A stretch of DNA of 64,000 nt from Candidatus Norongarragalinales archaeon (lineage in GTDB: Archaea; Micrarchaeota; Micrarchaeia; Norongarragalinales; Norongarragalinaceae), in NCBI GenBank assembly GCA_038884755.1, contig JAWABJ010000001.1, forward strand, positions 480,001 to 544,000. The letters run 5' to 3'. The position numbers were made by a program, and so were the translations under genes. Shown one piece after another: positions 47,544 to 56,200 of the stretch (position 1 is its first letter; each line of letters opens with the position of its first letter). The notes below the pieces were generated by a model, which was not told the origin of the DNA, made no database searches, and worked only from the letters and a program-made list of their open reading frames with translations.

Positions 47544-47549
47544 TTTAAA
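47544..47549 (+). promoter_or_regulatory. TATA-box candidate upstream of the pilin-like gene
   Basis: TTTAAA preceded by a purine-rich BRE-like stretch; GGAGG-type RBS before ATG 47609. Confidence 0.5.
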
Positions 47550-47608
47550 GCCTTGGTGAGAGTTCTTAATGCGTTCAAAAAGCGCTTTGCAAAGGAGGGG
47601 GGGAATTA

Positions 47609-48208
47609 ATGAAAATCGAAGAAAAAATAATGCTGCTTTTAGTTCCGATTGCTTTTGTTGCTATAATGTCCGCCGCGGTTTCGGCAGACTACGCGCAAAC
47701 CACGGTGTTCTTCAACGTTCCTACTTCAACCGCATTTACCGTTACGCTTCCGGGCCAAGGTGCGGTAAGCTCCAACAGCACTCAAAACCCCAACTCTCCG
47801 CCGACCGCAAACATTGAGTTTAACGCAAGCAGTTCCACTGTCAACAACGTAGTCCCTTGCGTTACGGGCGGCTCGTGCCAGTCCGGCGAAGGGCCGTCAG
47901 GAACGCCCATATTCCAGTATGACAACACGGGCAACGTCAACATTTCAATCCAATTGATTTTCAACTCCACGCTTCCATCGGGAGTAACCGTTCGCGCTAA
48001 CAGCAGCTGGGACAACGGCGGGGTAAGCAACGGAACTGCATTCGCCGGCGACAGGCCGGTCAACGCGACTGAAAACACTACGTTGGGAACCAACATCGAC
48101 TGGAACGCGGCGAGTTTTCTCAACGTTTACATGTACGCCAACTTCAGCGCGGTCGTGGGTGGAACCAGGACGACCAGGCTGCTCAACCACACGAGCGTCT
48201 CAAGCTGA
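47609..48208 (+). CDS. 199-aa secreted beta-rich protein, putative major filament subunit
   Basis: Sec-type signal ending AVSA; DYAQTTVFFNV strand; FQYDNTGNVNISI; many sequons; no TM anchor. Confidence 0.75.
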   Translation: MKIEEKIMLLLVPIAFVAIMSAAVSADYAQTTVFFNVPTSTAFTVTLPGQGAVSSNSTQNPNSPPTANIEFNASSSTVNNVVPCVTGGSCQSGEGPSGTPIFQYDNTGNVNISIQLIFNSTLPSGVTVRANSSWDNGGVSNGTAFAGDRPVNATENTTLGTNIDWNAASFLNVYMYANFSAVVGGTRTTRLLNHTSVSS

Positions 48209-48220
48209 GGCGCGAACACA

Positions 48221-48280
48221 GGGCGGGAACTTTGCTTTTTCGAAAAGCAGCCGCCCTTTCCTTGGTTTATTGTTTTTTTT
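48221..48280 (+). terminator. Hairpin plus T-tract after the putative major subunit gene
   Basis: GGGCGG...TGCTTTT-TCG-AAAAGCA..CCGCCC then T8 at 48273-48280. Confidence 0.65.
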
Positions 48281-48327
48281 GAAAAGCTAGGAATTTTCGA
48301 ATTTACGGTTTTCGGTGGGTTTTAGCA

Positions 48328-49233
48328 TTGGAAGGCTTCAAGAAAATAACGGCATTCGCGGGAATCTTTTTCTTGGGAGTGCTTCTTTTGGGCTGCGTGC
48401 AAGGCGGAGAAGCCAACTCGGCAAACGAAACGCAAAGCATACCTACACCAGAGCTTACAAGCGCAGAGCAAGAGCTCGTCAAATACCCTGAACTTGCGGG
48501 TTTCATCAAATCATACCAGCAGGTGGGCGCACCCGCGCAACGCCCCGACTACTTGCCCAGCATAGTCTTCTCCAAACTCCCCCCGTTTCCCAGAGACTTT
48601 TACTCTGTTGATTTGCTGGTTGAAAACGGCATTTTCAGCGACATGAAGCTCATCGAGGAAGCGTATTGGAAGCAACCCGAATTCTATCCTGAATTCGAAA
48701 GGCAGGCCGTGCTGGCGTACCAAAAGCCGCCCACCGACCGCTGGGCTGCGTTCGGAATAGGCTCGTACCCTTCGGAAGTTGGAATCTTGAGCCCGCGAAA
48801 CAACGTTTTCGAAGTCAACTTTTTCATCCACACTAGCTGGCTGGTGCAAACCTACCAGGGAACTCGATTCAACTACGGCTTTCCAGCCAAAGGCGAGTTA
48901 CTCAAGTCAGACTTTCCCGACGGGACGAGAAACGTGACGCAAGACCCTGAAGTGGTGGCAAAGTATTTCGACGTTGAAATAACGCCTAGGGAAATCCTTT
49001 TGGAACCGGCGTTCCCGGTTTTCGAGCCCAACTGGGTGCAGAAAATAACGGTTAGGGTGAAAGTGAAAGACGCGCCGCCCGGAAGGTATTACATAGCAAT
49101 CGGCAGCCAAAGCCCGTCCAAGGAAAAGGCGGACGAGTGGCTTTGGAAGTATAAAACGCGTTATACTGACGCTGCAAACTCTTTCGGCGGCGTGATACAG
49201 CCGTGGCTCGGCATTTTCATCGACATAACGTGA
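48328..49233 (+). CDS. Lipoprotein-like exported protein, paralog of 58044-58796
   Basis: LLLGC lipobox-like motif; LPPFPRDF, EAYWKQPE, GSYP, SWLVQTYQG, PVFEPNWVQKI shared with the paralog. Confidence 0.8.
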   Translation: MEGFKKITAFAGIFFLGVLLLGCVQGGEANSANETQSIPTPELTSAEQELVKYPELAGFIKSYQQVGAPAQRPDYLPSIVFSKLPPFPRDFYSVDLLVENGIFSDMKLIEEAYWKQPEFYPEFERQAVLAYQKPPTDRWAAFGIGSYPSEVGILSPRNNVFEVNFFIHTSWLVQTYQGTRFNYGFPAKGELLKSDFPDGTRNVTQDPEVVAKYFDVEITPREILLEPAFPVFEPNWVQKITVRVKVKDAPPGRYYIAIGSQSPSKEKADEWLWKYKTRYTDAANSFGGVIQPWLGIFIDIT

Positions 49234-49292
49234 AAACCCGATTCGCTTGTTTACCCACAAGCACTTTTAAACAACCGGGCAGTAGGGATAGT

Positions 49293-50990
49293 ATGCTAAA
49301 AGGGAGAAAGCACTCGTCAGCGGAAATCCTCCTGGTTTTGACGGCAGTTTTAGCCGGAATCGCACATTCTGAATTCGGGCAAGGGGGAATTTTCTTCGGG
49401 GTTACGGAAACCAATCCCATAGTAAACATAACCAACATCGTGTTTTCCCCAAGCCAAATAGTGCAAGGCTCGACCACAGACGTTTCAGTGTATTTGGAGA
49501 ATACTGGAGGGACTGCCGCGAACACTACCGTCAACATAACGATTTTCTATTCCAACGGCAGCGTTGCAGACGTGATTCAATACGACCCGACGGTCGTCGC
49601 GTCCGGGGGAACGCTGCAGATAATCAAGAGTTATAACACAGACTCTCGGCCGCTGGGCACGTACACGGCGAATGGCACGGGCTACTACTCGTTCAACTCA
49701 AGCAATTTTGAAACCAACACGTTCAGCACCACGTTCCAAATAATCGCCGCCCCGCCTGAAGGCGGTGGGGGCGGAGGAGGGACGGGCGGAGACGTTCGCA
49801 TTCCCGCTCCGACCACGATTCCGCCGGAATTGAAGCCCGCGCCTGGAGGAGGGCTGGAGTTCACGAGGACAACGGTTTTGAAGGAAGTTACTCCAGGGAC
49901 GAATGCGATTGAAAGCATTGGACTTAAAAACAACGAGGAAAACGAGCAGCTGGTGAGGGTGAATTTCGACAAGGCGCCTTGGGTGAGGGCGAGGAGAAGC
50001 GAATTCATCATGCTTGCGAAAGAAGAACAAACAGTCAATTTGCTCATAGACATTCCCGAAAACGCTAAGCCTGGAGACTATCTCGCGCAAATGAGCTTGG
50101 AAACCGACTCGGGAGTCGCCAGCGAATTCATGGCCATACGCGTGAAGCCCAAAATCCAAAGCCCAATAGCAACAAAAACCATTTTCCTCGACCGCAACCA
50201 GCGTTTCACCCTCGTCAAAATACAAGTTGAAAACCCGTCAGACCAACTGATTCCAAAGGTTTTGGTTGAAGAAGAGATTCCCCGCGCGCTCGCGACCGAA
50301 GAAAGCAAGCTTCGCTTTCTGGACAAGCCGGGGGTCGTCACGAACGACGCGCCGTTATCCGTAGCGTGGACTTTCAGCGACATTCTCCCGCAAGAGACTG
50401 ACACCATCTCCTACCAGATAAACACTTTGCTCGGGGAGTATTCCACTTACGCCTACTGGCCGATAAAACAAGTGGTCATTCCCGACGAGGTGAGTTTCGA
50501 AAGCTTGGTGAGGCTGGTCGAACTGCACTCGCCCACGTTCGCGCCTGGCGAGGAGAAGGAAGTCACGGCAAGAATTTACTACACGGGCTTGGACCCGCTT
50601 CCGATAAGCGCTTCGCTTAGCCTTCCCGAGTCATTCCAAGTCACTCCTTCTGCTATAGAACGCACGCTCCAGCCCGCGTCGTTCCAAAACTTCGTTTTCA
50701 AAGTGAAAGCCCCGCAGGAAAAACCCGGCACGTACATAGCCACGTTTTACCTCAACTCGCAGGCGGGAAGAATGCAGAGGACTACCACGCTCATCCTGGC
50801 CGCGCCCGAGGCAGGCAGCGAAGGAATACTGTATTTGGCAGGGGGGCTGGCGATAGTAATCCTGCTGGTTATAGTGTTCACTCTGCGCAACAAGGGGGAC
50901 GGCGTGCAGAAGGAAGAGATTGAAGACATCATAGACCGGGAGACCTACTTGCGCGAAGTCAAGGGAATACTCAAGAAAGGAAGGCCTTGA
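49293..50990 (+). CDS. Multi-Ig-like surface protein with C-terminal TM (putative filament anchor)
   Basis: Signal peptide, EFGQGGIFFGV strand, CARDB-like LENTG domain, poly-Gly linker, further beta domains, TM and charged tail. Confidence 0.8.
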   Translation: MLKGRKHSSAEILLVLTAVLAGIAHSEFGQGGIFFGVTETNPIVNITNIVFSPSQIVQGSTTDVSVYLENTGGTAANTTVNITIFYSNGSVADVIQYDPTVVASGGTLQIIKSYNTDSRPLGTYTANGTGYYSFNSSNFETNTFSTTFQIIAAPPEGGGGGGGTGGDVRIPAPTTIPPELKPAPGGGLEFTRTTVLKEVTPGTNAIESIGLKNNEENEQLVRVNFDKAPWVRARRSEFIMLAKEEQTVNLLIDIPENAKPGDYLAQMSLETDSGVASEFMAIRVKPKIQSPIATKTIFLDRNQRFTLVKIQVENPSDQLIPKVLVEEEIPRALATEESKLRFLDKPGVVTNDAPLSVAWTFSDILPQETDTISYQINTLLGEYSTYAYWPIKQVVIPDEVSFESLVRLVELHSPTFAPGEEKEVTARIYYTGLDPLPISASLSLPESFQVTPSAIERTLQPASFQNFVFKVKAPQEKPGTYIATFYLNSQAGRMQRTTTLILAAPEAGSEGILYLAGGLAIVILLVIVFTLRNKGDGVQKEEIEDIIDRETYLREVKGILKKGRP

Positions 50991-51104
50991 AAGCAACGCC
51001 ATTTTTAAACTCGCTTTGCGTTCCTATTTTTATAAAAAGCGAAGCGAGAAAAAAGGCCTGCAACTCCCACGGTTGAGAGGGGAGACGAAAAGGGTTTGTT
51101 ATTC

Positions 51105-51905
51105 ATGGCTTTGGGAGATTCGAAAAAAGGAACCCGCGTGATAGGGGTTTTGAGCGGTAAAGGCGGCGTCGGGAAAAGCGTCACTTCCGTCAACATTTCC
51201 GCTTTGCTCAACCGAATGGGAAAACAGACTGTTTTGGTGGACGGCGATTTAAGCAACCCAAGCGTTGGGTTGCATTTGGGACTTGCGTACAATGCGATTG
51301 GATTGAACGACTGCCTGCTGGGAAAACACAAGGTTTCAGACGCTATAGTCATACAGCCGCAAACGGGAATGCGCGTTTTGCCCGCTTCGTTGCGTTACAA
51401 GCGCGATTTTTCTCTCAAGCAATTGAGCAGGGTCATGGGCGAATTGGAAGGATACGATTTCGTGATTATAGACTCTCCGCCGGGGTTGACTGAAGACGCT
51501 TGGCAGATAATGAGCGTTTGCGACCAGGTTTTGCTCATCACCACGCCCGACGTGCCTTCCACTACAGCCGCAGCAAAAACCCTCGAGTTGTGCAAAGAAC
51601 GCGGGACCGAAGCGATTGGCGTGATAATCAACCGAGTCACGAAAGCCAAGTACGAGCTTACGCCCCGCGAAATTTCGTCCATGATTGAAGCGCCGGTCAT
51701 CGGCGAGATTCCCGAGGATTACGCCGTTCCCGCGAGCATAGCCGCGAGAAACCCGTTAGTGCTGTACAAGCCGGACGCGCCTGCGGCGAGAAGCTTCGGC
51801 AGGCTTACAAAACGCATTGTTGGGGACGAGGGTTCTTTCGAAACGCCTTCCGAAGGCTTTATCGCCAAAATCATTGCCGCAATCAAGCGCCTTTTCGGAA
51901 GGTAA
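51105..51905 (+). CDS. minD: MinD/ParA-family ATPase
   Basis: SGKGGVGKS, LVDGD, IDSPPG, TTPD, GEIPED, C-terminal amphipathic GFIAKIIAAIKRLFGR. Confidence 0.92.
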   Translation: MALGDSKKGTRVIGVLSGKGGVGKSVTSVNISALLNRMGKQTVLVDGDLSNPSVGLHLGLAYNAIGLNDCLLGKHKVSDAIVIQPQTGMRVLPASLRYKRDFSLKQLSRVMGELEGYDFVIIDSPPGLTEDAWQIMSVCDQVLLITTPDVPSTTAAAKTLELCKERGTEAIGVIINRVTKAKYELTPREISSMIEAPVIGEIPEDYAVPASIAARNPLVLYKPDAPAARSFGRLTKRIVGDEGSFETPSEGFIAKIIAAIKRLFGR

Positions 51906-51980
51906 GCTTCAAATTCGGCTTGTTTCGAAAAAACAAAACGGTTTTTATATTTTCAGAAGGTTAAAACATAGGGGTTTCTG

Positions 51981-53237
51981 TTGGGTTTGTTGAGGGGGCA
52001 AGCCAAGGCGTTTATCGTCTTGCTTTTCGCGGTAGCCGGAGTTTTGCTTTTCGCGTTCAACGCCAGCGGGCCGTCTAGCCTTGGGCAGAGCGACGGGATA
52101 GAAAACTGGACGGTAACGCTTTCCGCCAGCGAGCAAGGCGAAAGCTCGTTCAACTATACTTCCCTGCCGGAAAACCGAATGGGCGTGTTGCGCGTAATCA
52201 AAGACTCGACTAACGAAGACGTCCTGGACTTCGAAAGCGGGCAAACGTGGGTTTATTGCGCTTCGTGCAACCTAAGCGAAAGCACTTACACTATTTTCTA
52301 CCAAACTCCCGCGCCTGCGCCTTCCCCAAGTCCCTTACCGTCACCCAGTCCAACGCCAAAATCCAGTCCTTCACCAGAACCTAGCCCAACGCCATTCCCA
52401 AGCCCGGAAATTTCTCCGGAACCATCGCCTTCTCCGAGTCCCTCGCTTGAACCAACGCCAATTCCAACCAAACCGCCTTCAGGCCAGTGCGGAGTCATAA
52501 CTCAAAACACTGTTTTAGACTCCGACGTTTTTTTCAACTCTGACGGCGGAGTTTGCTTCGACATTCGCGGCAACAACGTGCAATTGGACTGCAACGGGCA
52601 TTCCATAATGGGGAACGGCAAGGGAATCGCCGTTTACGCCACTCAAGCCGAAAACATCGCGGTTAAAAATTGCAGGATAACCAATTTCGGGTACGGCATT
52701 CTTGTTGAAGGCAACGCGGGTACGCCGGCGTTCAGCGGGTTTGCGGTAGAAAACAACTTTTTGTCCGGCATTAAGAGCGTGGGCATTGGTTTTAGGGGCG
52801 CTTTCAACTCCGTTTCCGTGTCTAACAACACGCTCGAATCCACGGGGGAGCGGGGAATTTGGATTGACGGCTTGAACGGCTTTGAATCAAAAGGCGTTTT
52901 AGTCTCTTCAAACCGCATCTCCGCCTGCGAAAACGCGCTTTTGCTGGATGCGATAGGCGGGGTTGTCGCATCTGGAAACTTTGTCGAAAAATGCAGCAAC
53001 GGCGTCACGCTTTCGTCGGCGTTCAAAAACACCGTTTCGAAAAACACCATAGGCGTTTCGAACGCGGCTTTTTGGATTGAAAGCGAAGACGCGAACGAAA
53101 ACGTTTTCTCGGAAAACTCCGGCGCGGCTGCGGTGGCGGTCAAGCGCCACCCGCGTTCTCAAAACCAATTCAACCAAAACTCTGTCGCTGCGCAGTTCAA
53201 CGAGCAGGAGTTTGAAGAAACGCAGATAGAGGGCTGA
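51981..53237 (+). CDS. Exported protein with Pro/Ser linker and right-handed parallel beta-helix
   Basis: N-terminal hydrophobic segment, PSPSP linker, CFDIRGNNVQLDCNGHSI and repeated N-ladder turns. Confidence 0.85.
   Translation: MGLLRGQAKAFIVLLFAVAGVLLFAFNASGPSSLGQSDGIENWTVTLSASEQGESSFNYTSLPENRMGVLRVIKDSTNEDVLDFESGQTWVYCASCNLSESTYTIFYQTPAPAPSPSPLPSPSPTPKSSPSPEPSPTPFPSPEISPEPSPSPSPSLEPTPIPTKPPSGQCGVITQNTVLDSDVFFNSDGGVCFDIRGNNVQLDCNGHSIMGNGKGIAVYATQAENIAVKNCRITNFGYGILVEGNAGTPAFSGFAVENNFLSGIKSVGIGFRGAFNSVSVSNNTLESTGERGIWIDGLNGFESKGVLVSSNRISACENALLLDAIGGVVASGNFVEKCSNGVTLSSAFKNTVSKNTIGVSNAAFWIESEDANENVFSENSGAAAVAVKRHPRSQNQFNQNSVAAQFNEQEFEETQIEG
52306..52480 (+). repeat. Low-complexity Pro-Ser/Thr linker
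   Basis: TPAPAPSPSPLPSPSPTPKSSPSPEPSPTPFPSPEISPEPSPSPSPSLEPTP. Confidence 0.85.
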
Positions 53238-53239
53238 AA

Positions 53240-56200
53240 ATGAAGAAAACGCTTCTTTTAGCAATCGCTTTTTTCCTTCTAGCCCAAAACGCTTATGCGG
53301 TCATAAACGAGTACAACGCCGATTACGCCAACAGCGGGTATTTGAACGTCACGGGTTACAATCACACTAACGGCGTTAATTCGGCAACCAACTTTTCCGA
53401 CGACATTTACTTCGGGCTCAACGACTCGAATGCGCACGTTTACGCAAACAAATCGCCTTTCTTGACGGTGTGCGGCGTTGACAACGCCGACGCGACGATA
53501 CCGTTCTGCAGGATTTTCAATTACACTGGCGAAAGCGTTACAAACAGGACGGCGACGGACATAGGAAGTAGTGCGGCAGAGTGGTACGTCTTGAAAGGAA
53601 ACCCGTTTACCAACGAGTTGTTCTTGTGCATAAGCGATGCTGCCGACGATTTGAAGTGCCAGAATTTCAACGGCAGCACCTGGACTTCAACCTTCACCAT
53701 GACCACGAACGACACTACGGTCGACGCGCGCAGTTTCGACATCAACTTCGAAAGCAAGAGCGGAAGGGCGGTAATTGTTTACAGCGTGAACGTCGCAGAC
53801 ACTCTCGCGTACAGGTATTGGAACCAAAGCAGTTGGAGCAAGGAATACTGGCTCACCATGACGAGCGCGGCTACTCTATCGTGGGTAAGGCTGGTGGCAG
53901 ACCCGAACTCGAACAACATGACGGTCGTAGCGCAAAACTCTAGGACCGACGGACAGATTTTCACCGCAAGGTGGAACGGCACGTCTTCCACCTGGTCTGC
54001 CAGCCAAAACGTTACCGCAGGCACTGCAGCCGGTTCCGACTCTTCGGCAGTGGGCATACAGGCATTCGACGCGGCGTACAACAACGAAAGCGCCGCGCTC
54101 ATAGTGTACAGCAACAATGCCACGGTTGGAGCGGTATTCGCGAAAATGTTTTGGCCCAACCAAACGCTCGACGCGCAAGCGCTCGTGGGGTACGGAGGAG
54201 CAGACCAAGTGAAGTACGTTTCAGCCGCGTCAATGCCCGGCTCTTCGAGAATAGGGTATTGTTGGATTGACAACGGAGGAGGCACGACTACGGATGATTT
54301 GTTGTGCAACGAGTGGGAGTATTCCAGAAACTTCACGCAAGCAGAACCAGACTCCACCATAGACGACGACACTTCAACCCAAGGGCGGCAGATGGACGTG
54401 GTTGCGATAGAAGAAATCGGCGGCTGGGCCGTTCCCTACGCCGACAACGGCGTCGACATGCCTACGATAGCAAGGTGTTTGAGCAAATCCGACTGCCAAG
54501 CAGGCACTTGGGGAACCAACACTATGTTCACTGGACCTAGCCCTGCCGCAGACATGAGGCACGTCCGCGCGGACACGAGCGTCATGAACAAAAGCCAGGC
54601 TATAGTAGGATGGAAGAACATCGATACGACCGCGCCTTCGGAAACGTTCTGGGGAATGTTTTACTGTCATTCCGGCGGCTGCGCCTTGAAACACGACACT
54701 GATTCGATTCAACCGGCAACCGCTTCCGCAGCGTTGTTCGCAACTTTCGACGTCGCGAAAGACGAGTACAGCAATTACACGCTCGAAACTTGGTTCAACT
54801 CCACGCCCACCACCGACGTTCCCGCCGGCGCAACGATAGAAAGCGTGAACGCCACGGTGGAATTCAAATCGGCGTTTCCTGGCAATTTTTCCACGTACAT
54901 CTACAACTGGAGCAACTCGCAGTGGAACTTCTGCCAGTCGCAAGTGGTAACTGCGAATACTGAATTGTTCTTGAACTGCAGCGTTTGCTCGAGCGGGTGC
55001 TTGGTTACCGGCGACCCGGTAAACTTTACGGACAGCGTGGGCAACGCACCCAAGGTGATACGCATTTCATTGAACGAAACCATTCACAATCTCGCCATCA
55101 ATGAATCCAACGTTAGCATTGATTACGTGAATTTCAACGTTACTTACAGCAATCCACAAGCCAACGCAGCACTGCGTCTAGCCCAATTCCGCTTGTGGGA
55201 AAGCTCTTCGACAACCATCGGCCAAGGCGCTCTCACCGATTTGAAGTGCAATACTACTAGCTCGTTCGGAGCCAACATCCTCATCACACCAGGAGGAATT
55301 TCCTGCAACAACACCGCCCCTTCGAAAAGTTATAGGGCGGAAATCCGCGTGTGCAACGACGGCGCGAGCGGCGCGAACCAAACGACTTTCGACTACATCA
55401 ACCACAGGTTTCTTTCAACGCAATACTTGGGCGCTTTGACTGCAAACGACTGCGGGCACGGAGACAACGGAAGCGCTTGGAACGGCACGCTATGCAATTC
55501 TTACAGCGAAAGCTCTTTGCTCACAGTGCAAATCGCGAACGAAAGCGCTGGAGACAAGCATTACCTCCCGAGCGGAGACGGTTCCACGCGCGACGATAAT
55601 ACTTGCGAGTATTACGCGTATCGCTTTACTACCGGCGCGCCCGACTGGGTTATCACAGACAACAGCAGGATTAACACCACCGGCGCGTCCAACGGCTCCA
55701 ATCCCGCGCCAACAGAAAACGCGAACCTAAACGTTACGTACAGCGAAACCGCGTTCTCGTTGTACTACCCGTCGACCGGCTGCACTTCAGGAAAAGGGTC
55801 TGACGGAAGGCTTAGGGCGAGATACTACAACGAAACTTGCGTCTTGTCCGGAAGCCACGGGTGCGACGTTCAAAACGCCACGTTCCAAAACTTCAACGAC
55901 ACCACCACCAAAGCCAACGTTACCATAACCGCGGCAAGCACTGACACGTTGTACTACAATTTCACGGGAATAAACGGAATGCAAGGAAACATCTATTGGA
56001 CCAACAACGTTACAAACGGCGGCCAGGACACGTTTTTAGTGCATTTCTGGGATTGGGTTGACGGAAGGTGGGAGCAAGTCGACAGCAGGACTAACGTCGC
56101 CCCGACTACCAACTTGATAAACCTTTCAAGCTTGAGCACCAACTACCTTTCCGGAGGGTTTCTCAACGTTTCCTTAAACGGAACTACAGAAGGGGTTGAC

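Noticed and set aside
47609..48208. Type IV pilin, archaellin or S-layer protein
   Set aside because: No class III signal motif or hydrophobic mature N-terminal helix; small and lacking a TM or PGF-CTERM anchor
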